A DNA stretch of 32,661 nt. Origin: an uncultured Ignavibacteriaceae bacterium (GTDB lineage: Bacteria > Bacteroidota > Ignavibacteria > UBA10030). This document shows positions 1 through 9,561 of this stretch, piece by piece. Both the position numbers and the translations under genes were made by a program. Position 1 is the stretch's first letter. Each line of letters starts with the position of its first letter. A model generated the notes under the pieces. That model saw only the letters and a program-made list of their open reading frames with translations, did no database searches and was not told the origin of the DNA. The stretch spans positions 1 to 32,661 of the forward strand of contig CAYIBG010000002.1 of the NCBI GenBank assembly GCA_964361365.1, read 5' to 3'.

Positions 1-40
1 CCGCCAAAGAAAGCCTCACATCAAAGAATTAGAAAACTCT

Positions 41-1039
41 ATGGACCTTTCAACAGCCTATCTCGGCTTGAAGCTTAAGAATCCTCTCGTCCCATCGGCT
101 GGACCGCTTTCTCACAGCCTCGATTCTCTGAAAAAGCTCGAAGATAACGGAGCGGCGGCCATTGTCATGTATTCTTTATTTGAAGAACAACTAATCCATG
201 AGGAAGCAGAACTCCATCATTATGTTTCATCCGGGGCTGAAATATCTCCCGAGGCTTCATCGTATTTCCCCCGTGCAGAGGAATATCACCTGGGTCCGCA
301 CGAGTATTTGGAGCTTGTCCGCAAAGGGGTTGAGTCACTTGATATTCCATTGATCGGGAGCCTGAACGGGACAACTCCGGGGGGCTGGACTGAATATGCA
401 AAAATGATCGAGGATGCAGGGGCCGATGCGATCGAGCTCAACGTCTATTATCTCGCGACAGACCCCTTCATGGATTCGAAGGAAGTTGAAGACCGCTACA
501 TCGATGTGCTTCGCGCAGTCAAGAAAACGGTGAAAATTCCCGTGGCGGTCAAATTGAGTCCCTTTTTTAGTTCGCTGGCCCATATGGCGAAACGTCTGGT
601 CGATGAAGGTGCGAGCGGACTCGTGTTGTTCAATCGGTCTTATCAGCCGGACATCGACCTCGTTGATCTCGAAGTGACTCCGAATGTCGTGTTGAGCGAC
701 TCTTCTGCCAACCGGCTGCCGATGCGCTGGATCGCCGTACTGAGCGGAAAGATTCAGGCCAGCCTTGCCGCGACGAGCGGGATTCACACGGCGGAGGATG
801 CAATCAAAATGATTATGGCGGGGGCAGACGTAACGATGATGTGCTCAGCCCTGCTGAAGAACGGTCACGCGCATCTTGCGCACGTTCTCAGAGATATGGA
901 ACGATGGATGGCGGAACGTGAGTACTTATCTGTCTCACAAATGAAGGGCAGCATGAGCCATCGCTCTGTAGCCGATCCTTCGGCATTCGAACGGGCAAAC
1001 TACATGAAAGCGCTCAACAGATTCCGCGTCATCGTCTGA
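41..1039 (+). CDS. Dihydroorotate dehydrogenase-like flavoprotein (PyrD-family TIM barrel, non-canonical active-site loop)
   Basis: 332-aa ORF with a PyrD-like pattern (LKNPLVPSAGP N-terminus, GADAIELN, LFNRS, GADVTMMCSALL). The class-1 ELN-x-SCPN catalytic loop reads ELNVYYL (434-454), so this is DHOD-like rather than bona fide PyrD. Confidence 0.7.
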   Translation: MDLSTAYLGLKLKNPLVPSAGPLSHSLDSLKKLEDNGAAAIVMYSLFEEQLIHEEAELHHYVSSGAEISPEASSYFPRAEEYHLGPHEYLELVRKGVESLDIPLIGSLNGTTPGGWTEYAKMIEDAGADAIELNVYYLATDPFMDSKEVEDRYIDVLRAVKKTVKIPVAVKLSPFFSSLAHMAKRLVDEGASGLVLFNRSYQPDIDLVDLEVTPNVVLSDSSANRLPMRWIAVLSGKIQASLAATSGIHTAEDAIKMIMAGADVTMMCSALLKNGHAHLAHVLRDMERWMAEREYLSVSQMKGSMSHRSVADPSAFERANYMKALNRFRVIV

Positions 1040-1112
1040 GAACAAACTTGCCTTCATTCGAGGAAAAGAGTTTGAAGCTGCGCAACTACAATTGAGAAAC
1101 GGGAGGAGACAC

Positions 1113-1307
1113 ATGCCACATCACGAGTTATGCCCAATGTGCGGAGTCATTCAAGAAATGGATGTGTCGGCGTTTCATTCGACAAAAGTTGATGCATATG
1201 ACCAGACCACGACGATTGTGACGGTTGCGTACCACTGCAGTTCCTGTGGCGCGCTGGCTCGGTATGAGCACATCCAGGAGGAGCCAGAAGAAGCCCACGC
1301 CGCGTAG
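1113..1307 (+). CDS. Small zinc-ribbon-like protein (hypothetical)
   Basis: 64 aa from ATG 1113, with a GGGAGGAG Shine-Dalgarno at 1101-1108. The track start at 1092 is an upstream TTG. Two CxxC pairs (CPMC ... CSSC). No family recognised. Confidence 0.45.
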   Translation: MPHHELCPMCGVIQEMDVSAFHSTKVDAYDQTTTIVTVAYHCSSCGALARYEHIQEEPEEAHAA

Positions 1308-1330
1308 CGGGTTGGGTTGCGGGGAGGCAA

Positions 1331-1558
1331 ATGGTTTCGCAAGAATACTGTCCTGGGTGCCGGGAGTTTCGGTATGTGCGATTTGAGGTTCAGAAGTGGA
1401 ATTTTGTGGACTCCCAAGGCCGGGACAGTGGCGTTTTTGAAAGGCAGTATTTCTGCGAGGTGTGCGGGACATTTCTTCGAAGTGAAGATGTCATGAATGG
1501 CCATCAAAAAGAGCCGGTTGCATCGGAACCTGCACCAAGACATGTCACAAAGAGATAA
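1331..1558 (+). CDS. Small zinc-ribbon-like protein (hypothetical, tandem paralogue-like)
   Basis: 75 aa with a GGGGAGG RBS at 1321-1327. Two CxxC pairs (CPGC ... CEVC) in the same architecture as the preceding ORF. Confidence 0.45.
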   Translation: MVSQEYCPGCREFRYVRFEVQKWNFVDSQGRDSGVFERQYFCEVCGTFLRSEDVMNGHQKEPVASEPAPRHVTKR

Positions 1559-1976
1559 GATACCCGTCTCAAGGATTTCTCATGACCATCACCACGGGTT
1601 GGTGATGAGTCGACGGATTCTCGACGCGGTCGATAATGAAAGTACGGATTTCTCCGCCCTCGCTGCTCAAATCACTCAGTTTTTTGACGATTACATGGTT
1701 CCCCATTTTGCAACGGAGGAAAACGACCTTTTTTCAGCGATCGAGCAAGAATTGGGCCCGTTGGCCGCGGTGAAGGAATTGGTTGCAGAGCACCATACCA
1801 TGCGGATGCAAGTGACACGATTTCGGGTCCCGGGGTTGGAGATTGGCAGGCGCGAGATTGAGGAGTTCGCCCTCAATCTGGAACGGCACATCTTCAAAGA
1901 GGAAAGGCTGTTTTCCAGCGTTTCTCAGCAGTCAGAGGACAAGGATCGAGTAAGAACTGAGATCATTGACCTTTAG
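1542..1976 (+). CDS. Hemerythrin-like (HHE cation-binding) domain protein
   Basis: His/Glu pattern HDHHHG, HFATEE, EHH, HIFKEE spaced as in hemerythrin-like four-helix bundles. The start is uncertain: ATG 1542 overlaps the previous ORF by 17 nt, ATG 1605 is an alternative, and the track start is 1497. Confidence 0.6.
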   Translation: MSQRDKIPVSRISHDHHHGLVMSRRILDAVDNESTDFSALAAQITQFFDDYMVPHFATEENDLFSAIEQELGPLAAVKELVAEHHTMRMQVTRFRVPGLEIGRREIEEFALNLERHIFKEERLFSSVSQQSEDKDRVRTEIIDL

Positions 1977-2006
1977 TCGCAGGAAGCACACACAAGGAAT
2001 AGAGGC

Positions 2007-2465
2007 ATGACGACCAAGCGGGCCATTGTGAAGCAACTGGAAGGAGTCGCGTTTGCCGGAAAGTCAGACTCGAATCACTGGGTTACAATGGATGGTCCGG
2101 TGTCTGTCGGAGGGAGCGATGCAGGGTCGCGCCCGAAAGAACTCTTGCTCATGGCTCTCGGAGGCTGCACTGGAAGCGATGTCGTTTCAATCCTGAAGAA
2201 AAAGCGTGTGTCATTCGACCGGGTGGAGATCGAACTGGAAGGGAACGTCCGTGAGGAGCATCCACAAGTGTTCACGGATATCCATATTGAGTATGTCGTG
2301 TACGGAGAAGATGTGAGTCCGGCGGATGTGGATCGGGCGATTGAGTTGTCTGCAACCAAGTATTGCTCCGTGTCTGCAATGTTGAAGGACAGCGTTCATC
2401 TGACACATTCGTACCGAATTGAATCAAAAGAAAAAAAGAAATCTGAGTTCATAAGCTCGATGTAA
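2007..2465 (+). CDS. OsmC family peroxiredoxin-like protein
   Basis: 152 aa with an OsmC/Ohr-type pattern. Both conserved Cys contexts are present (GGCTGSDV and ATKYCSVS). Confidence 0.85.
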   Translation: MTTKRAIVKQLEGVAFAGKSDSNHWVTMDGPVSVGGSDAGSRPKELLLMALGGCTGSDVVSILKKKRVSFDRVEIELEGNVREEHPQVFTDIHIEYVVYGEDVSPADVDRAIELSATKYCSVSAMLKDSVHLTHSYRIESKEKKKSEFISSM

Positions 2466-2490
2466 CCTCTCAAGAACCAAGGAGGTTTTC

Positions 2491-2718
2491 ATGAAACAGA
2501 ATATGGGAACAGCGGATCGGGTCATCCGCTCGTTTTTGGCCCTCGCGTTGGGCATCTTCATGAATCTGGGGTTGTTGTCCCCCCTATGGCAGATTGCTGC
2601 GGGGAGTTTTGTTGCCCTCCTGTTGTGGACAAGCCTCTCAGGATGTTGTCCACTTTACAGTCTCATAAAAATCAAAAACCACACGACCCTTAGCTCCGTT
2701 TACAATCTGCCAGGCTGA
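2491..2718 (+). CDS. DUF2892 (YgaP-like) small membrane protein
   Basis: 75 aa with an AAGGAGG RBS just upstream. N-terminal GTADRVIR motif, two hydrophobic helices and a C-terminal GCCPLYSL motif, all typical of DUF2892. Confidence 0.7.
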   Translation: MKQNMGTADRVIRSFLALALGIFMNLGLLSPLWQIAAGSFVALLLWTSLSGCCPLYSLIKIKNHTTLSSVYNLPG

Positions 2719-2970
2719 GTACCATTCCCTTTCCGGGCCCCCGCGTCCCTCTCTCATTCTTAGTAAAGAACATCATGCGATTTTCATAATTGAGAACCAG
2801 GCCGGAAACAGAGAAAGAAACCTCTCTTTTTTCCTCACGAAAGGGCCATTTCCAGCCCAAAACCAACGGTTCAATGGCATGGCAGTTGCAGGCCAAGGAA
2901 GCATGGCGAATACTCGGTGTACCGTGAAACAGATGAGATCAGCGCTTTTAAAAGATGATCGCAATGCAAT

Positions 2971-3096
2971 GTCGGGTCAACGGATCTACATCCAGCCCGG
3001 ATGTGCGGCACCGGAAACACTGGTTGATTCCAAACCACCGTGGTGCCTGAACAGGAAGATGTAGAAGTAAAGCATCTTTCTCACCGTTGACCCGAC
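2971..3096. other. 126-nt nested-stem (rod-like) structured element in the 424-nt gap upstream of ald
   Basis: Perfect 13-bp outer stem 2971-2983/3084-3096. Nested 8-bp stem 2985-2992/3058-3065, 6-bp stem 3007-3012/3042-3047 and 5-bp hairpin 3021-3025/3033-3037. No convincing ORF in the gap. Strand and function unknown. Confidence 0.35.
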
Positions 3097-3142
3097 TTGA
3101 TATCGCAAGGAAGATGAAAAATCCGTCAGACAGGAATCATGT

Positions 3143-4285
3143 ATGGAAATCGGAATTCTGAAAGAGAACGAACACATTGAGCAGCGGGTGGCTCTGTCAC
3201 CTGTTGGAGTTCAGACACTCACGAGCCTTGGACACACGGTCTACGTCCAGAAGAGGGCCGGTGCGCTTGCTTTATTCTCGGACGAGGAATACCAGAACGC
3301 CGGGGCAACCGTGGTGTATAGTGCGGAAGAAATTGTAAACCGATCTGAGTTGATCCTCAAGGTCGCGCCCCCAACGCTCGATGAGCTCCGTTCGTTTGAA
3401 AAGGACCAGGTGTTGTTTTCGTTTCTGCATCTTGCCGTGTCGCAGGAAAAGCTCATCAAGGAGCTCCTGACAAAGGACATCATTGCCGTGAGTTACGAGC
3501 TCATCGAAAACTCGAGGGGCGAGCTTTCCATTCTCCAGGTTATGAGTGAGATCGCCGGACAACTTTCGATGCAGGTTGCGGCGCACTATCTCCAGGGGCA
3601 GCAAGGCGGGAGGGGAATCTTGCTGGGAAGTCTTCCCGGAATACCGCCAGCTTCCGTCGTCGTCCTGGGAGCGGGCGCGGTGGGAAAAACAGCGACACGC
3701 GTTGCACTGGGAATGGGGGCCTCGGTGACCATCATTGACCAGGATCTTTCCCGTCTGCGGGACATCGAAAATCTGTTCCAGTGGAGAGTTTCGACGGTGC
3801 TGGCGACCCCGGGGAACATTGCACGGGCGGTTCGATATGCAGACGCGCTGATTGGTGCGATCCTCATCAAAGGAGAAAAGTCGCCGCATCTTGTAACAGA
3901 ATCGATGGTGCAGACGATGAAAAAGGGGTCGGTCATTATCGACGTGTCGATCGACCAGGGAGGGTGCGTCGCGACAAGCCGGCCGACGCGACTCGATGAT
4001 CCAATTTTTGTTCAGCACGGAGTTGTCCACTATTGCGTCCCGAACATGGCCTCGTCTGTTTCCCGAACGGCCACGATTGCTCTGACGAACGCGCTTCTCC
4101 CCTATGTTCGAGAAGTTGCCGATCTGGGGATCCGGCGCGCTGTTCAAGCTGACCCGGGGTTTGCCAAAGGAGTGTGTGTGTTCGATGGAAAATGCACAAA
4201 CTCGCCCATTGCAAAAGTGTTTAATCTCCAGTGGCAGGATCTATCCCAAATGATTGCAAGAATGTTCGAACCGATGAAGAACTGA
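3143..4285 (+). CDS. ald: Alanine dehydrogenase
   Basis: 380 aa. Ald-type N-terminus (IGILKE..E.RVALSP.GV), Rossmann motif VVVLGAGAVGKTA, and HYCVPNM...SRTAT.ALTNALLPY near the C-terminus. Confidence 0.85.
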   Translation: MEIGILKENEHIEQRVALSPVGVQTLTSLGHTVYVQKRAGALALFSDEEYQNAGATVVYSAEEIVNRSELILKVAPPTLDELRSFEKDQVLFSFLHLAVSQEKLIKELLTKDIIAVSYELIENSRGELSILQVMSEIAGQLSMQVAAHYLQGQQGGRGILLGSLPGIPPASVVVLGAGAVGKTATRVALGMGASVTIIDQDLSRLRDIENLFQWRVSTVLATPGNIARAVRYADALIGAILIKGEKSPHLVTESMVQTMKKGSVIIDVSIDQGGCVATSRPTRLDDPIFVQHGVVHYCVPNMASSVSRTATIALTNALLPYVREVADLGIRRAVQADPGFAKGVCVFDGKCTNSPIAKVFNLQWQDLSQMIARMFEPMKN

Positions 4286-4287
4286 CT

Positions 4288-5607
4288 ATGACCTGGCTTT
4301 CACTGTACAAATCAAAAGTTGTTCCGGTTGAGGATGCCGTATCGGTCGTCAAATCGGGGGACCATATTTTTATCAGCGGCAATGCCGCAACCCCGCTTTT
4401 GCTGACGAATGCGCTTGCTGCGCGAAAAGACGAATTGTTCGATGTTGAGGTCAACCACGTGTTATTGCTGGGCGATGACCCTCTGGCGAAGCCCGGCATG
4501 GAACGGCATTTCAGACATAACTCGCTGTTTGTTGGGCCTGCAGACCGCGAGGCGATCGCCGATGGCCGTTCAGACTACGTGCCGATTCATCTCTCTGAAA
4601 TCCCAGACCTCTTCACGTCAAGAACGATTCCGCTGGATGTCGCGCTCATCCACACTTCTCAGCCCGACGAGCACGGGTTCATGAGCTTTGGGGTAGAATG
4701 TGCTGCCTCGAAAGCCGCAGCGGAGAGCGCAAAAGTTGTTGTCGCCCAGGTAAATGAAAAAATGCCCCGGACGCTGGGTGACGTGTTTATTCATGTGTCG
4801 CACGTCGACAAGGTGGTCGAGTGTTCAGAACCTCTTCAGGAGCTTGCCGAAACCGGGTTCTCCGAGATCGAGCGGAGGATCGCCAGTCACATTGCTCCGC
4901 TTATCCAGGACGGCGCCACTCTTCAGCTTGGCATCGGAGGCATACCGGATGCAGTTCTGTCTCAGCTGGACGGGAAACAGGATCTGGGCATCCACACCGA
5001 GATGGTCTCTGACGGTGTTGTGAAAGCGCTCGAGCGTGGGATTGTCACAAACATGAAAAAGACACTCCACCCCGGAAAAGTCATAGCCACATTTGTCCTG
5101 GGGTCCCAGCGATTGTATCAATACGTCGATAACAACCCCCAGTTTGAGATACATCCATGTAATTACACGAACAACCCGTTCATCGTAGCGCAAAACGCCA
5201 ACATGGTGGCCATCAATTCGGCCATCGAGGTAGATATCACCGGCCAGGTATGCGCCGATTCGATCGGGTCCAAGATTTACAGCGGATTTGGCGGTCAGGT
5301 GGATTTTATTCGAGGGGCGGCGTATTCGAAAGGCGGAAAGCCCATCATTGCGCTTCCGTCGACCACACGCAATGGGAAAACCTCCCGAATCGTTCCCCAT
5401 CTCAACAGGGGTGCAGGTGTCGTCACGACGCGGGCGGATGTCCATTATGTTGTCACAGAGTATGGCGTCGCATTGCTTCACGGGAAAAACCTGAGTCAAC
5501 GAGCGGAGGCTCTTATCGGAATCGCACATCCGTCGTTTCGTCCTGAGCTTGAAGAGTACTTCAGGACGCTGACTCGACTTCGTGAAGTCGCTGTCCCAAG
5601 TGCCTAG
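4288..5607 (+). CDS. Acetyl-CoA hydrolase/transferase family protein (4-hydroxybutyrate CoA-transferase-like)
   Basis: 439 aa from ATG 4288, which lies 2 nt after the ald stop. The track start 4231 lies inside ald. Family pattern: SGDHIFISGNAATP, LQLGIGGIPDAV, EMVSDG, INSAIEVDITGQV, SGFGGQVDF, VVTEYG. Confidence 0.85.
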   Translation: MTWLSLYKSKVVPVEDAVSVVKSGDHIFISGNAATPLLLTNALAARKDELFDVEVNHVLLLGDDPLAKPGMERHFRHNSLFVGPADREAIADGRSDYVPIHLSEIPDLFTSRTIPLDVALIHTSQPDEHGFMSFGVECAASKAAAESAKVVVAQVNEKMPRTLGDVFIHVSHVDKVVECSEPLQELAETGFSEIERRIASHIAPLIQDGATLQLGIGGIPDAVLSQLDGKQDLGIHTEMVSDGVVKALERGIVTNMKKTLHPGKVIATFVLGSQRLYQYVDNNPQFEIHPCNYTNNPFIVAQNANMVAINSAIEVDITGQVCADSIGSKIYSGFGGQVDFIRGAAYSKGGKPIIALPSTTRNGKTSRIVPHLNRGAGVVTTRADVHYVVTEYGVALLHGKNLSQRAEALIGIAHPSFRPELEEYFRTLTRLREVAVPSA

Positions 5608-5617
5608 GAGAGGGAGG

Positions 5618-6430
5618 ATGGACATGAATCAAGGAACCATGGATGTGCCACCGACCTCAATGAAAGTTGGAGGAGGTGTTGAGGCCATGAAGATCGAGGC
5701 AGTTACAATGTCAGGCGATTCAAAGTTGTATGGTAGGTTCGAAATACGGCAAGTCTATAAGCGGAATTTGATCCGGGCGTTCGTCATTTCTACTGTCATT
5801 CAATTTGCTGGGACGGGGACATACTACGGCGTAAAATACCTGCAGGAAATGGGCGACGACGCGCCGGTTCGAATGGTTCGAATCATGAAATACACTGACC
5901 TTGGCCCCCCGCCCTCGCTCACCAACAGCGCCCCGCTTCCGTCGATCGGGTTGAGCACTGGAGCAGTGAAGCCCAGCATCGGTATTCCAGTTCCGGTGCC
6001 CGACGCGCAGGTGAATCCGGAGCAGGTTTTCGCAACGCAACAGGAACTTTCGGCGGTAACAAGCCCGACATCGGAAGGCACGAACACAGGAGCAGGAGTG
6101 CAAATTGAAATCGACGACCCCGGCATCGACGAATTCATTCCTGTTGAAAAGGAACCTCAGATTGTCAAATCCATTACTCCGACCTACCCGGAGATAGCGC
6201 TGCTCGCGGGTATCGAAGGAACCGTGTGGGTGAAGGTGCTGGTGGGGAAAGACGGTAAGACAAAGCGCGTCGTAGTTCTGAAAGAAATACCGAAAGGGAT
6301 TTTCGCAGACGCAGCCACAGCCGCAGCAAAGGATTTCGTGTTCACGCCTGCCATCATGAACTCGGGGCCTGTGGCGGTTTGGGTTGCTATCCCGTTTAAA
6401 TTCACCATCAAAAGTAAATCTGCGTCCTGA
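5618..6430 (+). CDS. TonB family energy transducer
   Basis: ATG 5618 is preceded by GAGAGGGAGG. One N-terminal TM helix. C-terminal TonB_C pattern (YPEIALLAGIEGTVWVKVLVGKDGK ... FTPAIMNSGPVAVWVAIPFKF). Confidence 0.7.
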   Translation: MDMNQGTMDVPPTSMKVGGGVEAMKIEAVTMSGDSKLYGRFEIRQVYKRNLIRAFVISTVIQFAGTGTYYGVKYLQEMGDDAPVRMVRIMKYTDLGPPPSLTNSAPLPSIGLSTGAVKPSIGIPVPVPDAQVNPEQVFATQQELSAVTSPTSEGTNTGAGVQIEIDDPGIDEFIPVEKEPQIVKSITPTYPEIALLAGIEGTVWVKVLVGKDGKTKRVVVLKEIPKGIFADAATAAAKDFVFTPAIMNSGPVAVWVAIPFKFTIKSKSAS

Positions 6431-6454
6431 AACAACCGAATTGAAAAGGCAACC

Positions 6455-8758
6455 ATGGTCCGCAAACAAGAAGCATTAGACTATCACGCTCAGGGCAGAA
6501 AAGGGAAAATCGAGGTTATTTCCTCAAAGCCTTGCGCCACGCAACGCGACCTTTCTCTTGCCTATACTCCCGGAGTTGCCGAGCCTTGTCTAGAGATTGA
6601 AGCAAATCCGGATGAGGCGTATCGGTACACTGCAAAAGGGAACCTCGTTGCAGTCATCTCGAATGGAACTGCTGTTCTTGGATTAGGCGACATTGGCGCG
6701 CTGGCCGGCAAACCTGTCATGGAAGGGAAAGGCGTCCTTTTCAAACGATTTGCCGATATCGACGTGTTCGACATCGAGCTCAACTCGCACGACCCGGACG
6801 AGATCATCCGCGCCGTGAGGATGCTCGAGCCTACGTTTGGAGGAATCAACCTCGAGGACATCAAAGCGCCGGAATGTTTCTACATCGAAGAGCAACTCAA
6901 GAAAACAATGGGTATTCCGGTCTTCCACGATGACCAACACGGCACTGCCATCATCAGCGGGGCGGCGCTTGTCAACGCTCTCGAGATTGTCCGGAAGAAG
7001 ATCGGCGAGGTCAAGGTTGTCTTCAGCGGAGCTGGAGCTGCGGGAATTGCGTGTGCGAAATTGTACGAACGGTTGGGGGTCAGGCGGGAGAACATGATGC
7101 TTGTCGACACCAAGGGAGTCGTTTTCAAGGGCCGAAAAGAAGGGATGAACCCCTACAAAGAGTACTTTGCGGCCAACACGGAAGCCCGAACTCTCGCCGA
7201 TGCAATGAAAGGAGCCGACGTTTTTTGCGGTGTTTCGGTAAAGGGGATTGTGACAAAGGATATGGTGAAATCCATGGCCGATAACCCCATCGTGTTCGCC
7301 ATGGCAAACCCAGACCCCGAAATCACCTATGAGGATGCCACGAGTGTCCGCGATGATATCATCATGGCCACGGGCCGGTCGGATTATCCAAACCAGGTGA
7401 ACAATGTTCTTGGGTTCCCTTTTATTTTCCGCGGCGCTCTGGACGTTCGGGCCACGACCATCAACGAAGAAATGAAAATCGCAGCGTCCCGGGCGCTGGC
7501 TGAGTTGACGAAGGAAGACGTGCCAGACTCGGTTCTCAAGGCCTATGGTGAAAAACGAATTGAGTTTGGGAAGAAATATATCATCCCAAAGCCGTTCGAC
7601 CCGCGGGTGCTTCTCTGGGAGGCGACAGCAGTTGCTCAGACAGCCATGCAGACTGGCGTCGCAAAAGCCCCGTTTACGGATATTGAGGCGTACCGGGATT
7701 CGCTGGAGGCAAGGCTTGGTAAGTCGCGCGAGGTGTCCCGATTCTTCATCCATAAGGCACAACACGAGCCCAAGCGTATTGTCTTCCCAGAGGGCGAAGA
7801 GGAAAAAATCCTGCGCGCTGCCCACATTTTGATCGACGAAGAAATTGCAAAGCCGATCCTTCTGGGGAGCCGCACGCTCATGCGACAGAAAGTCGCCGAG
7901 CTGGGGCTCGATCTGGAGAAGGCAGAATTCATCAACCCTTCCAAGTCCCACAGGTTTGATGAGTACGTCACAGCCTACTATGGAGCGCGAAAGCGAAAAG
8001 GGGTTACTCGCTTTGATGCAGAACACTTGATGAAAACTCATAACATGTTCGGCATGATGATGGTGGAAACGGGCGATGCTGACGGCCTCATTTCCGGGCT
8101 CACCCAGCATTATCCCGAGACGCTTCGGCCAGCACTGCAAATCATCGGAACACGTAAAGGAGTGAAAAACGTGGCAGGGCTGTATATGATGGTTTTCAAG
8201 AATCAAACCATCTTCATCGCCGACGCAACGGTGAACATAGACCCGACGAGTGAAGAGCTCGCCGAGATTGCACTCCTTGCTGCGGAGAAAGCACGGGAAT
8301 TCGACATCGAACCGAAAATTGCCATGCTTTCATTCAGCAATTTTGGCAGCTCAAAGCATCCCTTAGTTGAGAAAGTTCGCCAAGCAGTTCAAATCGTGAA
8401 GAAAAAAGCCCCCGATCTGGCCATCGACGGGGAAATGCAGGCTGATACGGCCGTAACACCGGAAATCATTGCAGACTACTTCCCGTTCAGCACGTTGAAA
8501 GGCGCAGCCAACATCCTCATCTGTCCGGATCTGACCTCGGCAAACATCGCGTATAAGTTGCTGGCGAGGCTGGGCGGCGCGGTTGCTATTGGTCCCATCC
8601 TGTTGGGAATCCGTAAACCGGTCTATTTGCTGGCAACAGGTTCCGACGTAAGCGATATCGTGAATATCACGGCAATGGCGGTGTTTGAAGCGCAAAGGAT
8701 TTCGGATGAAACCACCAAGCGACGCGTTTCCAGTCTAGCAGAAATAGTGTCAGTGTAG
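6455..8758 (+). CDS. maeB: NADP-dependent malic enzyme, with C-terminal phosphate-acetyltransferase-like domain
   Basis: 767 aa. N-terminal malic-enzyme pattern ([44 protein letters not shown]) followed by a PTA-like C-terminal half, the MaeB architecture. Confidence 0.9.
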   Translation: MVRKQEALDYHAQGRKGKIEVISSKPCATQRDLSLAYTPGVAEPCLEIEANPDEAYRYTAKGNLVAVISNGTAVLGLGDIGALAGKPVMEGKGVLFKRFADIDVFDIELNSHDPDEIIRAVRMLEPTFGGINLEDIKAPECFYIEEQLKKTMGIPVFHDDQHGTAIISGAALVNALEIVRKKIGEVKVVFSGAGAAGIACAKLYERLGVRRENMMLVDTKGVVFKGRKEGMNPYKEYFAANTEARTLADAMKGADVFCGVSVKGIVTKDMVKSMADNPIVFAMANPDPEITYEDATSVRDDIIMATGRSDYPNQVNNVLGFPFIFRGALDVRATTINEEMKIAASRALAELTKEDVPDSVLKAYGEKRIEFGKKYIIPKPFDPRVLLWEATAVAQTAMQTGVAKAPFTDIEAYRDSLEARLGKSREVSRFFIHKAQHEPKRIVFPEGEEEKILRAAHILIDEEIAKPILLGSRTLMRQKVAELGLDLEKAEFINPSKSHRFDEYVTAYYGARKRKGVTRFDAEHLMKTHNMFGMMMVETGDADGLISGLTQHYPETLRPALQIIGTRKGVKNVAGLYMMVFKNQTIFIADATVNIDPTSEELAEIALLAAEKAREFDIEPKIAMLSFSNFGSSKHPLVEKVRQAVQIVKKKAPDLAIDGEMQADTAVTPEIIADYFPFSTLKGAANILICPDLTSANIAYKLLARLGGAVAIGPILLGIRKPVYLLATGSDVSDIVNITAMAVFEAQRISDETTKRRVSSLAEIVSV

Positions 8759-8782
8759 TCAGAGTCCGAAAAGGAGAAGGAC

Positions 8783-9295
8783 ATGCAAGACAGACCCCAA
8801 AGGTGGAAAGACTCGACGTGGCAGATTCATCCCCGATTGAACATGCCGGAGCTCAAACCGGAGGCCGTGCTTTGTGCGGTGTTGGATTCAGACCCGGTTG
8901 AACAATTCAAGAAGCAGCTTCACCAGAACCGGGAAAGATTCCGGAAAGAGATCGAAGCTGAAATGGAGCCCTTACGTCGAGAATTGCTCAAGAAAGCGCA
9001 GATAACTGCAACGTGGGATGGCTTATTCCGGGCTGTTCATGGCGATCAAGTCTTCCTCCTGACTCCGGAATCCACTCCCAAAGAGTCGTTGACGAAAGCA
9101 ACGCTGGTCAGTTCGAACAGTCCAGCCGGCAGGAAGTGGTTTACAACGAAGATCAGTTATCAGGATAACGCACCGACGTGCTGGTGTATCCCCAATGAAG
9201 TCTCGGTGGGCAAAGTCACGGAAGTTGAACTGCAGAATCAAAACAGGTTCAATATTCAACATCTGTATCACCAACTGATTGAAGAGGGGCAATAA
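8783..9295 (+). CDS. Hypothetical protein, translationally coupled to the oxidoreductase delta subunit
   Basis: 170 aa with an AAAGGAGAAGG RBS. Its TAA stop overlaps the ATG of the next gene (TAATG at 9293-9297). No family recognised. Confidence 0.5.
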   Translation: MQDRPQRWKDSTWQIHPRLNMPELKPEAVLCAVLDSDPVEQFKKQLHQNRERFRKEIEAEMEPLRRELLKKAQITATWDGLFRAVHGDQVFLLTPESTPKESLTKATLVSSNSPAGRKWFTTKISYQDNAPTCWCIPNEVSVGKVTEVELQNQNRFNIQHLYHQLIEEGQ

Positions 9296-9561
9296 TGATC
9301 CGCGGAACAATTCTCGTTGCGCAAAACATCTGCAAAGGGTGCGAGCTTTGTATTGCCGCATGTCCTCAGGAGTGCCTCGGGCTATCTGAGCGCCTCAACC
9401 CCCGCGGCTATCGTTACGTTCAACTGATCGCGGACACCTGCACCGGCTGTATCAACTGCGCCCTTGTTTGTCCTGATGTTGCAATCACTGTGTTCCGTGA
9501 GCCAAAACCCGCGGCGAAGAAAGTTGCCGTATCACAACCAGCGACAGAGGTAGTTCGATGA
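9295..9561 (+). CDS. 2-oxoacid:ferredoxin oxidoreductase delta subunit (2x[4Fe-4S] ferredoxin-like)
   Basis: 88 aa with two CxxCxxCxxxCP motifs (CKGCELCIAACP, CTGCINCALVCP). ATGA overlap with the alpha gene. Confidence 0.8.
   Translation: MIRGTILVAQNICKGCELCIAACPQECLGLSERLNPRGYRYVQLIADTCTGCINCALVCPDVAITVFREPKPAAKKVAVSQPATEVVR

Noticed and set aside
2806-2831. A/T-rich imperfect hairpin followed by a T run (AAACAGAGA...TCTCTTTTTT) as a terminator for the DUF2892 gene
   Set aside because: The stem has a mismatch and very low GC, and it lies about 90 nt past the stop codon. Too weak to call.
2885-2905. CAGGCCAAGGAAGCATGGCG resembling the SRP (4.5S) RNA domain IV core GGUCCGGAAGGAAGCAGCC
   Set aside because: The GNRA tetraloop with closing helix and the symmetric-loop pairing partners cannot be reconstructed around it. 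The resemblance is limited to an AAGGAAGCA word.
2690-3177. Short ORFs in the DUF2892-ald gap (2690-2896 -, 2773-2964 -, 2879-3064 +, 2986-3177 -)
   Set aside because: They mutually overlap, have no Shine-Dalgarno and give odd compositions. The region is better explained as non-coding with RNA-like structure.
3272-4147. 291-aa minus-strand ORF, and similar long antisense ORFs at 4825-5625, 5720-6469, 19782-20537, 24630-25523 and 29628-30494
   Set aside because: Each is fully embedded opposite a strongly supported + strand gene (ald, the CoA-transferase, tonB, nxrB-like, gltD-like, nosZ). All have low-complexity Arg/Ser-rich translations and lack an RBS.
6683-8206. 507-aa ORF on the minus strand
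   Set aside because: It lies entirely inside the unmistakable maeB gene. Its translation is Arg/His/Leu/Phe-rich with no recognisable motifs. This is a typical antisense shadow ORF.
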